A stretch of 61,833 bases of DNA, counting the filler. It is 9 parts of 9 records of this genome, joined end to end, with 100 filler letters (N's around TTAATTAATTAA, not from the genome) between each part and the next. Parts side by side here need not be neighbours in the genome. Positions count along the whole stretch, not along the records: positions 31,396 to 37,636 come from SRR15195285_193; positions 37,737 to 45,515 come from SRR15195285_195; 7 more parts are not named here. One strand, 5' to 3'. The notes beneath the pieces were generated by a model, which searched no databases, was not told where the DNA came from, and saw nothing but the letters and a program-made list of their open reading frames with translations. Positions 34,822-45,615 of the stretch are shown piece after piece. The stretch's first letter is position 1. Each line of letters opens with the position of its first letter. The translations under genes were made by a program, and so were the position numbers.

Positions 34822-36232
34822 ATGACGGGCGAGTCTGCTGCGGACGATGAATCGCCTCTGCTCAGCGGGCCGCCTTCGCAGCCGCCTTCGCAGCCGCTGG
34901 GATGCTCGGGCAGCAGCAGGCCACCGTGCGGCTGCAGTTTCGGAACTGCAGCTGGTGCTACGCTTGCGCTGGCGGTGATGGTACTGGTCGCGGTCGATTT
35001 ACCAGTGCGTATAGAGGCAGTCATCTTCCCTGCTGCTCTGCCGTGGTGGGTTGATGTAAGAGCATATAAACCTGGCTGGTCTGACCTGAGCACTGTCAAT
35101 TTCTGCCGCAGCCAATACCCCGACCCAGTGACACTGTGACGTGGGTGACTGTGGCGCTGTACACAATTCCAATGGCGCTCGCCTCGGGCCTTGGTGGAAT
35201 CCCGTTCTTTTTCACCACCGAGTTGTCTCAACGATCGGAAGGAATCGCGAACGCCATCGCGGCTGGCGTGATGCTCGCCGTCTCCTTTGATCTCCTGAAT
35301 GAGCCCTTCTGCATGACCGAACAGGCTCTTTCTTCTACTGGCGGACCTGCTACTGCCGCAGCGAAGGTCGTTCTAGGCGTCATCACAGGTGCATGGTTCA
35401 TCTGGGCAAGTCAAGGTGCGAAGCACGCGCGCATTCGCTGCTAGGAAGCCGTTCAACGCACGACTTACTTTGGACCATGTGCGGTGATAGCGTGGCTGGA
35501 GAACTACGAGAAGCGGCACGGCGAGGTGCGACTGGGAAAGCTCTCCGGAGCGCCAGCGAGGAAAGCGATCGTGTTCGTGTTGATCATGACCGTACACTCC
35601 TTCGGCGAAGGGTGCGATTCTCTGGCTAAGTTTAGCATCTGTCCTGCCTGCAAACCACTCGTGAGCGCAGTCGCCTGACCAGACAGCGCTTTCTTTCTCG
35701 CGTCGCGGTATGTCATTCCAGCTCTGGAGTCGGGATCAGCTTCTCCGGGTTGGCAGGCATCGAGCAGGGGCTGCTCGTCACAGTTGCCATTGCTCTGCAC
35801 AACATCCCAGAGGGGCTCGCCGTTGCACGTACGATGACGTGTTGCTTCTACGCTTACTTGTTGTGTGGAGAAACGCAGACTGGCAGTTTCATTCGTTCTT
35901 TTCACTCTGTGTCGGCTGCTGCCGCAGTGGTGCTCGTCGCACGAGGGGAGAGCGCAGGGTTTGCAACGGGATGGGCGGTGCTCTCTTCAGTGGGCCAGCC
36001 ACTTGTCGCGATACCTGCGTTCCTCTTCGTCGAACATTTTGCAGCAGTGCAGCCGGTCGCATTTGGGTTTGCCGCTGGGTCGATGATCTTTGTTTGCTGC
36101 CTTGAGCTACTGCCAGAGGCTTTTCAGAAGAGTAATCCAGACACTACTGCGGTAGCTGTTGTTGGAGCAGTGAGTGGGATGTACGTATGTAGGTCCATCG
36201 TCGACCTAACGTTTCGGCCTGGTGCGAGTTAG
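34822..36232 (+). CDS. ZIP (ZupT/GufA-type) metal transporter resembling the plant At3g08650-type subfamily
   Basis: MALASGLGGIPFFF, IAAGVMLAVSFDL, VHSFGEGSGVGISF, AIALHNIPEGLAV and GFAAGSMIFV. Introns 35005-35111, 35416-35490, 35612-35721 and 35829-35927. The last exon is uncertain. Confidence 0.9.
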
Positions 36233-36306
36233 CCCCGATGTAAACATAATCAATGCATAAATTGTTATTATCAGCTCTGTCTGGACGCTACCTGAGAAAT
36301 CGGGGT

Positions 36307-37398
36307 TCAGCCACCGAACACATAGAGCGAAATCAGCATCACAAATGCGCCTACTGCCATCCCTGCAAGTGCCGACTGCGGCTCTAGTGACCACGCCTCC
36401 GGCAGAAGCTCACGCACGCTGACCGTCACCATTACGCCACCAACGTAGAGTAATGAGTAGTCTAACGTCATCTCAGTTATGTACGGGGCAAGCGCGACGA
36501 CTGCCAACACAGCCGCAAGCGGCTCGACCAAGCCCGTCGCCGTAGACCAGAGGCACGAATGAAGCTTGCGGTGGCTTGAGTTGTACAGTGCAACTGCAAC
36601 CGCAACGCCCTCAGGAATGTTGTGCAGCCCTATCGCGAAAACCACCAAGGCAGTGTGTTGTGGAGGCTGAGTTCCTGCTGCCGGCGACGTTGTAACCCTA
36701 TCTTGCAGACTCGCCATCCCGACCGCCAGGCCCTCTGGAGCGTTGTGTGCGGCGAGCGCGAGAGTTGTGAGCAGCGCTGATCGCGCACGGGCCGCCTGCA
36801 TGGAGGCGTCCCGAAGGTTTGATTTGCCCCCAGGCGAGCTCACAGGGACAGGCAAGATTGGCGCGGCATGCCCATGCCCACCGAGGTCATCCGCGCGCAG
36901 GTCGAAATACGATATAAGAGCGTCCAGGGCGTAAATTGTGCCTATACCACAACCGATCGCGAACACCGTATCCACTCTCTGCACACACACCACACACAGA
37001 GAGAGAACATTTGATACGCCCTGACGGTTGCAGACAGACCCAAGGATACTACTATACTTGTCACGGGGACGCACGAGGCCCCATCGCAGAAGCTTCGGAA
37101 TGACCATGTCCAAAACCGATAGCACCATCATCACGCCAACCGCCAGGCCAAGGAGAAACGCAAGCACCCTCTCAGGCACAGCAGCGCCATGCCTCGACGG
37201 CGGTTCTAGGCAAAATACCACGGACCCGCCAACTCCAGTAGCAAGACCAGAGACGAGGCTCCACGCTAGAGCTCGCTCGACCTGGCCTGCCGTAGCGCCG
37301 TGTTTCGCGTCTATTATTTCGGGCACAGCGTGTCGCATGGCAAGGAAACCAAGGAACAATGCCACGCACATGCACCCTGCTGATACACGTCGCGGCAT
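36307..37398 (-). CDS. ZIP (ZupT/ZIP11-type) zinc/iron transporter
   Basis: SGLATGVGG, LGLAVGVM, HNAPEGLAVG, AIGLHNIPEGVAVA, GLVEPLAA and GGVMVTVSVRELLPEA. In-frame intron 36979-37074. Confidence 0.92.
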   Translation of the reverse strand: MPRRVSAGCMCVALFLGFLAMRHAVPEIIDAKHGATAGQVERALAWSLVSGLATGVGGSVVFCLEPPSRHGAAVPERVLAFLLGLAVGVMMVLSVLDMVIPKLLRWGLVRPRDKYSSILGSVCNRQGVSNVLSLCVVCVQRVDTVFAIGCGIGTIYALDALISYFDLRADDLGGHGHAAPILPVPVSSPGGKSNLRDASMQAARARSALLTTLALAAHNAPEGLAVGMASLQDRVTTSPAAGTQPPQHTALVVFAIGLHNIPEGVAVAVALYNSSHRKLHSCLWSTATGLVEPLAAVLAVVALAPYITEMTLDYSLLYVGGVMVTVSVRELLPEAWSLEPQSALAGMAVGAFVMLISLYVFGG

Positions 37399-37636
37399 AC
37401 CGTCCCACCTACCGCACGCACCCTAATGCCACCACTCGCTGCGTGATCACCAGAACTCGCCAGGTGCGCCCGGGAGAAGTCTCCACAGGCCCCGAGAGGG
37501 GCAGCGCTCGAGCCGGATCGTTGGTAGCTGACACTGCTGCAGCAGGCCGTTGCTGCCTGCCTGGCTCACGCAGCCCGACGCGCACGCCGGGCGGGCGCGC
37601 ACCCACGCACTCCCACGCACGCACCCACCCCTGCCT

Positions 37637-37736
37637 NNNNNNNNNNNNNNNNNNNNNNNNNNNNNNNNNNNNNNNNNNNNTTAATTAATTAANNNNNNNN
37701 NNNNNNNNNNNNNNNNNNNNNNNNNNNNNNNNNNNN
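37637..37736. other. Artificial contig-joining spacer
   Basis: 44 N + TTAATTAATTAA + 44 N. Confidence 0.99.
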
Positions 37737-38210
37737 GCCGCGTAACGGCGCCATTCCACACACTTCGATGCCCGCACCCCCTAGCAAACACAGAGAAGCG
37801 CACGTCGTAGGAGCCGCCCTCCGCCATTTGGCCCCACGCGGCGAGCCGGAGCAGGTGCAGGCTCGCGTCGCCGCGGTGCGCGCGCGCGAGGCGGCACGCG
37901 CGAGGCCACGATTTTGCGGATTAGGTCAGCTCTGAAACGAGTGAAGAGTGAATGAAGGTTGAAGCCCGCGGATTATGAAATTTGAAACCTAGGATCCTCC
38001 GGAATCCAGCCGGGACGACTGCCCTGATGAAGGATCGATCGTTCGAATGGTTCGAAAATTCAATTTCGGGCAACTCGGCACGCGTGCGGAACTTCCTCCA
38101 CAGCGCACAATCCTCACTCGGATTACATGATCATGTAGAATGCAATCATGTTTACGCCCGCGCGCCAGGCAGAGACAGGGTGAGCACTAGTCGCAACTGT
38201 TACTGTACTA

Positions 38211-38235
38211 GTACCTGGTACGCGGTACCAGGTAC
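38211..38235. repeat. Inverted repeat in a GTAC/CTAG cluster upstream of ORF 38431
   Basis: GTACCTGGTAC-GCG-GTACCAGGTAC: 11-bp arms, 3-nt loop. Confidence 0.88.
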
Positions 38236-38430
38236 CGACTAGGATCTAGTACTGGCAATCGCTAACGTCCGATCCACTGCATGGCTGCTGGGTGGCGACG
38301 ACGCGCAGCGAGCACCGGGCCGGTGTGGGTGTTGCTCTTTCGCGAAAGACTCAGTCGTCTCTGATGTACCCACGCTGCCCGGCAGACAAGCACCTACCAA
38401 CAGAACACCGTAGCTTGTGCTACACTGTAG

Positions 38431-39261
38431 ATGTCGATGCCGCTCGGATCAGCCTCGCCGACACTCGCCTGCCGAGCAGTCAATGCACGCTGGCCAGAGC
38501 TTCTAGCTGATGTCGAGAAGCTCGGCGATGGCGAAAACGAGGCAGCCATTGTGATGCTGATGCAGTGGGTTGATCTCGCTACAGCAGCTCTGGCGAAGAC
38601 TCCGCCGCCCACCTTGCCACGGAGGAGCTCTGACGGGAGGCGAGAGCCCGAGCGACCGGCGCACGCAGCCGCGAACTCGCTGTACAGACACACGCACGAG
38701 GCCACAGCTGCTATCGCGGCGCGCACGGCGGGAACACCGGCACGCACTGCGACGGAGATGGAACAGTGGCAAAGACGAGTCGAGCAGATTCTTGGCGAGT
38801 TTCAGGCTATGATGTCTCGTGATCACAGCTCCCAGCGTCCACTGCAGACGCGGCCATCGACGTCGACTACCGCGGCCGGGATGCCGACGAAACAGTTCAG
38901 TGCACAACAGAGCGTGACTGCCATGGCTGTTGCTGCTCCAGTGCAAGCCGGTCTTCTATCGCCACCACCTGTCGTTGTACACGCTACAGCTGTTGTGGTT
39001 GAGGACAGCTATCCAACGGCAGTGCAGCCTGCGGAAGGTTGTGTTGGGAGGTTGTTCCGGATGCTGACGCGCAGGCCGTCGGATCGGCCACAGCAGGAAC
39101 ATCGCTCACCCTCGGTGCAACAGCCATGCCATCCGCTGTCGGCAGTCCAGTTGCACGGCCAACTTCCAGACGCCGACCTGTCTCGCACGCCTTCGTCCTA
39201 CCGCCAGTCTGCGGTGCAGGATGCACTCCTGCCACTTACGTCGACGGCTGCGCGTGGATAA
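38431..39261 (+). CDS. Hypothetical protein, helical N-terminal half and low-complexity C-terminal half
   Basis: 276-aa ORF with protein-like composition, downstream of a palindromic tract and convergent with the SEC14 gene. No family recognised. Confidence 0.5.
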   Translation: MSMPLGSASPTLACRAVNARWPELLADVEKLGDGENEAAIVMLMQWVDLATAALAKTPPPTLPRRSSDGRREPERPAHAAANSLYRHTHEATAAIAARTAGTPARTATEMEQWQRRVEQILGEFQAMMSRDHSSQRPLQTRPSTSTTAAGMPTKQFSAQQSVTAMAVAAPVQAGLLSPPPVVVHATAVVVEDSYPTAVQPAEGCVGRLFRMLTRRPSDRPQQEHRSPSVQQPCHPLSAVQLHGQLPDADLSRTPSSYRQSAVQDALLPLTSTAARG

Positions 39262-39406
39262 ACCGACAAGTTGAGTGAGAAGAAAAAGGATTGCGCTCGT
39301 CTGTGACCACTCATCTATGGCATCATCGCAATGCAAAATCAGAAACTTTGCATTTGTGGGGTAGCTTACAACCCGATCCAGCTGTCCTAGTGGCTCTGTT
39401 CACGAG

Positions 39407-41024
39407 CTAGCTCATACTAGCCACACGCGATCGCAAGGCGGCTACTAACGAATCCCACTCCGCGTCATCAATGGTACCTGATTTGTTCTGGTCAAACTCT
39501 ACGAATAGACGATCGATCCACTCATCGGTAACAGTGGGTGGCTTTGGGCTGTCGAGCTCCATCTGAATGCGAACCATCTCTCTGACCTGCGTCCTGCTCA
39601 ACTTCTTGCCGCTTCCGCTAATGGCTGGCAGCAGGTCCTCGCCGTCTCCTTCTGTCGTCTCGCTGCCTGGCACAAGCTGCTCCTTCTCCGGTTCCGGTGC
39701 TTGCTGAAGCTGCGCATCTGAGTCTGTACCTTTCATCTCAATCCGGTAGTCAAATGTCTTGCTGCGCAGCATGGAGTATTTGTTGTCAAACGTGACCTCC
39801 AGGCTCCCAGCAGCGGGGATGGCGAAGTCGCCTGAGACTAGACCAGCAGTGTCCTTGAACTTGCGTGGCTCCATCAACGTCACGACCGCTCCTCCATCTG
39901 CGGGCCGCAGTTGTGCACCCATAATGATGCCGTAATCCTGCATGATCAGCTCCCAGTGGGCCTGAAACCCACCACCGGGGACCTCGAGATCAACAGTGGT
40001 CGATGAACGGTTACCGACCGTCACCCGAGTCAGAGCTGACGCTAGCTCTTCACGCGGCACAAGCTCATCCGCAAGGGCCATCGTCCCACCGAGAAATGGC
40101 GGAAGATCGCTCGCGCCAGAATTCCAGCGGCGCAAGAAGGGACATGTTTCAGGTGCAGGTCCACCGGGCAGCGAGGTGCCAGTGGCGGGGCACACTGCGA
40201 TCTTCTCCAGGGCCGATTTGGGCATGAACACCGAGAAGGCAGAGAAAATCACCTTTAAGTATGATGGGGGATCTGCGCACGCGCACACAACAACAAGCAC
40301 AGCAGGTCTGAGCGTCGCCGTTGCTGTTTTGCGCAAACCCCGAAGCGGTAAGACAGCAGAGCGGCTTACTAATGAGCACAGTCTTGCCCAGCAGCTGCGG
40401 GTAGTAGACTGCAGCTTGTTTCGAGGATTCCCCCAGCGCTTTGTGGAAGCGCGAGTCGCCCCCAAACATCGAGAAGCCCTCTAGGTCGATAATGCTGATC
40501 ATCTTCACCAGCTGCCGCGTTTTCCGGGTCTTCTTATCGCATTCTGCGAACGCCACTTCCTTGGAAATCGTGGCCAACCGTGCCACCTCTTCCATCGTGC
40601 AGGCGTTCATAAGTCCCTTCAGGTTGCAGTAGCCCGTTCTAACGATGAACAGCGGCTCCATGCCTGCAAGCGATCCCGCGTAGCCCGCCGTGTTGAACCT
40701 TTTCATTACCTCCTCGCCAGGAGCAATCCCGGTCCGGACGGTTTGTGCCAGAGCCTCGGCATTCTCTGTGCGCCACGCCACGGTCTTCCGAACCGCATCG
40801 GAGGACTCCGTCAGCCCGCCCTTTTTCTCCCACGTCAGGACGAACCGCAGCAAGAAGATGTCGTCATAAAACTCCGAGTCCTCCGGGAGGCAGTCCGCCA
40901 CGGCCTCGCGCAGCTCCTCAATCGCAGCCTTGTGCGCCACCAGCAGCGAGTCCACGCTCGTCCGCATGCCACCGCCGCTCTCGAAGTCGTCGACATCATT
41001 CTTCGTCGTATCCGCGATGTCCAT
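39407..41024 (-). CDS. SEC14/CRAL-TRIO lipid-transfer protein with GOLD domain and C-terminal EF-hand
   Basis: DDIFLLRFV, IIDLEG and YYPQLLGKTVLI-NPP (intron 40273-40369); LPPFLGG; GOLD motif G.LEVTFDNKYSMLRSK; EF loop DQNKSGTIDDAE. Confidence 0.9.
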
Positions 41025-41709
41025 CTCGAGCCCAGTTAATCTTCTAGTAGAGATCTTCGTCCTCGACGGACAGGGGCAGACTTGGCCCGCCAGCGCCACG
41101 CAGCGTGCTCAATGCGTACTGGCGTATCCGCTATCCGGAGCCGGCGTTACAGTCTATGATATGCTCTAGCTAGAGAGTAGTCCCTGCTCTGTATTCTATC
41201 CGACCGGCGCGCGCGCCGGGCACGCATCGGCGACGCACCGCGCGCGCCGGGGTGTCGATCGCAACAGTTGAGAAATTTCCATAGGCCCGGCGTAATAACG
41301 CGTATGGGCGTGTATGTATGAGGCGATCCTCATCCTGGGGCTGTCGATGCATTTTGCACTCGCGGACTCGCGAAATCCGACACTTGAGTTTGTGTTTGTT
41401 CCCGGCTTAGATCTACAGCTGTACAGCTGTATGCTTTCTCGTTTCTGTTGTTAATACACTCCGGCGCTTTCGCATTGTACGGGGATGTTGCGGTCATCTC
41501 GCTCGCGCACTGAAGTGCCATCGCGCGCCGCGCGTGCACGCGCTCCGCGCGCGCGGAGCGCCATCACGCGTGCGCCGATGATGCTCCGTCCGCGACGCGA
41601 GCGAGACGGAGAGACGGATCTACTAGTCGATATCTCTCCAGAGAGAGAGTACCAGTACGTAGTAGCTCGTTCTTACGGCGGAGGGAGTAGTACTACTATT
41701 CATAGTAGC

Positions 41710-41738
41710 GTGTCCGTGGATACAGTATCCACGGACAC
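41710..41738. repeat. Perfect inverted repeat in a divergent intergenic region
   Basis: GTGTCCGTGGATAC-A-GTATCCACGGACAC (14-bp arms). The palindrome TACAGCTGTACAGCTGTA lies nearby at 41414-41431. Confidence 0.9.
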
Positions 41739-41868
41739 AGTGGATCGATAGCGGATTACACGATACGATAAAATTTACCTGGAACCTGCTACGACCTACG
41801 TACACGGAATACAAGCACATTTGCCCCCTGCACGCAGGCTGCTGTGTGCTGGTTAGGGCCATCGCGAG

Positions 41869-43314
41869 ATGCTCCGCGGTGGGGTGCTGCTGGCTGCTCT
41901 CAGTTGGGGTGTAGGGGCACAGCAGCCGGGCGACAACTATGTGGTGCTTCGTACTCTGACGAAATGTTCTTTTGAGCACCGCGTGATCAGTTTTGCGTAA
42001 TGGAGTTCTGTGCTGTGACATCTGATCAAGGTTCCCATTGGTCGGAGCAGGTGCAGCCACTCCCTGGCTCCGGGGGCTGCCGCGGTGTTGCCGAGTTCCT
42101 AGGTGCGTGCGTGCCGTCAGTCAGCTACCCACGGAGCGAGAAACACAGAGCTTCGCCTCATCGTCTGGAGCGTGAGTCTCAAACGATGGACATTCTGGGC
42201 AGGTTGCTTCAAGGATGACGAGTGGGACCCAAACAACTACGGTGAGTCTGGTCTGAGCTCCGCAAAAATGCTGCGTAGTTACTGTACACTAATCAGGTTG
42301 TAAACAACCTGTACAGGCAAAACAGGCGGCAAGCCACCAGCCGGCGAGCACCAGCACCGCGCCTTGCCGTACGCTTTGCCTGGGTGTTATAACTGCCGCG
42401 ACGGGATTACGCCAGACAGCAAGGAGAACCCGAATCCATGCTTGTCTGCCCCAGACCCACCTGCTTGCGATAGGACGAAGATGACCGACGATTATTGCGC
42501 CAGCCTGTGCTTACACTGGGCACAGGCTGGCAGCATTCCTGGCGCTACCAATGACGAGGTCTACAGCGGCACCCAGTTTTCCTACACGTGCTGGTGTGGC
42601 ACAGCTGCTGATGCGTCGAAACTAGTGAGAGTGGACGAAAAACAGTGCAACACCCCGTGCGAAGGCGACAAAAGTATGGTATGTGGCGGGCCGAGCCTCA
42701 ATCATGTCATGCGTGTGAGCTGCTCGCGCTGGGGATGGACGTTCGTGTGGTCGCTCGTAGCCTGTCTCGTGGGCTACACCCTCGTCGGAGCACTGTACAC
42801 GCATCGCTCTCAGGGCGTGCCACTTACGAAGGCCGAGTTCCTGGCAGGGTCTCTGCTCCCAAACCAGGCATTTTGGAAAGTGCTGCACGGGCTCGTGACA
42901 GATGGGGTGCGCTTCAGCCGAGCAAAACTGCGTGGAGAGGCGTCTGTGCCAGCAGACGGGTATACTGCGGTGGTGGGTAACGCTAGAACATCAGGTCCCA
43001 GTGGGAAAAAACAATCCATCCGAGAGGAGACGGAGACGGACGAGAGGCACTCGAGCAAAGGCGGCAGCAGCAAAAAGAAGCGCGCCAGGGAGAAGCACGG
43101 GAAGGGAGTGGCAGAAGCCTCAAAGCGGGGAAGCCGAAGTGGTGGCGGCAAGAGTCGTGAACAACTGGAGGAGCGCGGGTGCGCGGAGGTAGATGTTGCA
43201 GGTGGAGAGGACGCAGAAGCCAGTGCCAGGGAGCTCCTTGAACAAAGGGAAGCGGCCGATGGACTCCACGCCAGCCAAGCCAAGATCAAGGTGGTTGGCA
43301 TCAATAGCAAGTGA
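41869..43314 (+). CDS. Type-I membrane protein with WSC domain and M6PR/ATG27-like TM-cytosolic tail
   Basis: Signal peptide MLRGGVLLAALSWGVGA. Introns 41951-42030, 42103-42202 and 42242-42316 restore FLGCFKDD...RAL. WSC core MTDDYCASLC...YSGTQFSYTCWCG...CNTPCEGDKSMVCGG; one TM; then LLPNQAFWKVLHGLVTDGVRF. Confidence 0.85.
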
Positions 43315-43412
43315 TGATGGGTGTCGATTCACGTGCATATGCTCGCTGCTCCACACATGTGAGACTGCTATTGCTATGGTAATACCTGCTATTGATACGA
43401 CACGGCTTATTC

Positions 43413-43448
43413 CAGAAACCCTGTTTCCAGCAGAAACCCTGTTTCCAG
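43413..43448. repeat. Exact 18-bp tandem duplication in a convergent 3' intergenic region
   Basis: CAGAAACCCTGTTTCCAG x2. Confidence 0.9.
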
Positions 43449-43578
43449 AGCCTACAATAATCATAGTTACTGCTCTAGCTAGGAGGCGCTCTGAAGACTG
43501 CTACGTACAATTATATAGCAGGCTGGCACGTTTCGGGAACGCATACGGCTAACACCACGCTTCCTCTGTGTGTCAAAG

Positions 43579-45196
43579 CTACATGCACTGCGATGCGTTC
43601 ATCTCTGACCGCGATCTATGCAACAGCGCTGCTAGCTCTTTCAACAACTTCGCCCCCACCATTGCCGTCATGCCTGGCTCCGTCTTGTGAGCGTCTTGCC
43701 CACCTGCTACTCCCGCCACGCTACCGCCGATATCTCGTTCTACGTTGTATTCTACGACATCTGCACCGATCACGTACCGTTCGGCATTTGACCATTCTGG
43801 GCGCGGGATCCCGTGATCTTCAACCGTTCTGTCGTGGATAGGCGCGGGATGCAACGCGTGAATCACGTCAAGAATTTGCCGGACCGAAAGACCGCCAGGC
43901 TCATAGTGGGACACGCCCTGCAAGCAATGAACAAATCATGCTCCACATGAATCCCATAGAATATGTATGTTACTGGCCAGGGCATAAAGAATCTGCAATT
44001 GAAAAGGGCAGGTAGGTGGCTTAAGTCCTGCACACCGGTGCGAAAGCTGGGTCGAGGGCGTCAGTGTCGATACTGACGTAGATGAGGCATCGCTTAGGTA
44101 GAGTAGCGTCTAGCCACTCCCAGAGGTGCGCACGGGTATCCGGCCAGTATGGTGCATCGAGTGCGTGAACACCGTATCGCTGTCGCTGCGCCCGCTGATG
44201 CGGATTAACGGTCCGACATCCAAGCTGACACAATGCAGCGCACTCACCACTCTCCATGATGCGCGCGAACGGAGAGGCGTGGCTGAATTGGTTGTCCTGC
44301 GGCATGAATGAACCGACCTCTTCGTACAGATCCTGCAGGTAAAATATCGCGCCCAGGAACATCAGGGATGCTGCTGCCGATGGTGCACGGCACGGTGTGT
44401 AGGCAGTACCGCATATGTCGTACCGGATGGGCATCGAAATGTACAATGGCAACGGGCAGCTCTCTCAACCTCGAGGGCTGTAGAGCTCTGCGACAGTGCG
44501 AAGCGATTGCGCGCATAGCTGGGAATGTTACAGAGTGGTCTCCACCCATCAAAAGTGGAGCTTGGCCCCCGGCTAACGTCTGTGCCACCGCTTCCTCAAT
44601 TGCTGCATCAGCGTCATCTGGCGAGATGTCCGTCTCCAGAGTCACGTCGCCGTAATCTTGCACTATGTCTATTATGAGCGAGTGTTGCAGGTGGGTCTCA
44701 GTAATGAGCAACCTCGCATGGAAAGGCTCTAGTGCAATTTCTAGCCTCGCCCACCAACAGATACAAATAGTCGTACCGGTAAAGCAGTCCCCCAGCTCAG
44801 CGTAAGGGTTGGCGGAGTCGCAGCCAATCGCAGCGCGCAGCACGGCCGGTGCTCGGGCAGGCCCCTGCATGTACGTCGAGTTGAGGTCCGAGCAAAGGCC
44901 CAGCAGTCCCACCGACGCAGCTTGCGCGACTACCTGCTCCCATGAAAAACAACCGTGAGCAGTAGCAGTCAAACAGTACATAGCTCCACCAGCACAACAC
45001 AACCATCAGTCATGTTCGGTATGTAGTAGTATTCGAATCCAATCTACACGTGTACAGCAAGAGTGAAAACCATTCAGTGCGGAGGTACTGCATTCATAGC
45101 AACGCTCTCAGTAGCAGCACTCGACGGTTCAAGCTGCTGCCGGATGTTCTCTAGCCTGAGCTGCGCTCTGGAACGATGAGACCAGCTGCGGATCAT
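43579..45196 (-). CDS. Ureohydrolase (plant-type arginase / agmatinase)
   Basis: GGDHS, HFDAHP-DLY, FSHASPFARIME, SIDTDALDPAFAP-GVSHYEPGGLS and GADVVEYN. Introns 44669-44776, 44333-44423 and 43918-44035. A probable first exon 45089-45196 joins via intron 44934-45088 (less certain). Confidence 0.92.
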
Positions 45197-45515
45197 CTTC
45201 GGGAACAGCGAGGAGCTCTAGCGACAATCCTAAGCGATCGTCGCCACGTACCAGCGCTGCGCTGCCGCTGGGGGGCGCGCCGCGGCGGCCGGCGACGGGC
45301 CGCCTCGCGTGCAGTGCGACGTGCACCCATACGGCATACGCACCCACGCGCGCACGCACAGAGGATTTCAGAATCACAGGCAGCAGTGCCCAGATTGCAC
45401 CCCACAGCCATCGGCGGCCGTACCATCACGAGGGCGGCCGGCGCGCGTACGCGTGCGCAGCGCACACGCACCACGTCCAGTCAGCAGTGCGCCCGAGGCA
45501 CCAGGCAGCCGCTTG

Positions 45516-45615
45516 NNNNNNNNNNNNNNNNNNNNNNNNNNNNNNNNNNNNNNNNNNNNTTAATTAATTAANNNNNNNNNNNNNNNNNNNNNNNNNNNNN
45601 NNNNNNNNNNNNNNN
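45516..45615. other. Artificial contig-joining spacer
   Basis: 44 N + TTAATTAATTAA + 44 N. Confidence 0.99.

Noticed and set aside
34404-35231. 275-aa antisense ORF, and many other overlapping ORFs in the track
   Set aside because: These are shadow ORFs expected in GC-rich coding DNA, with no family motifs.
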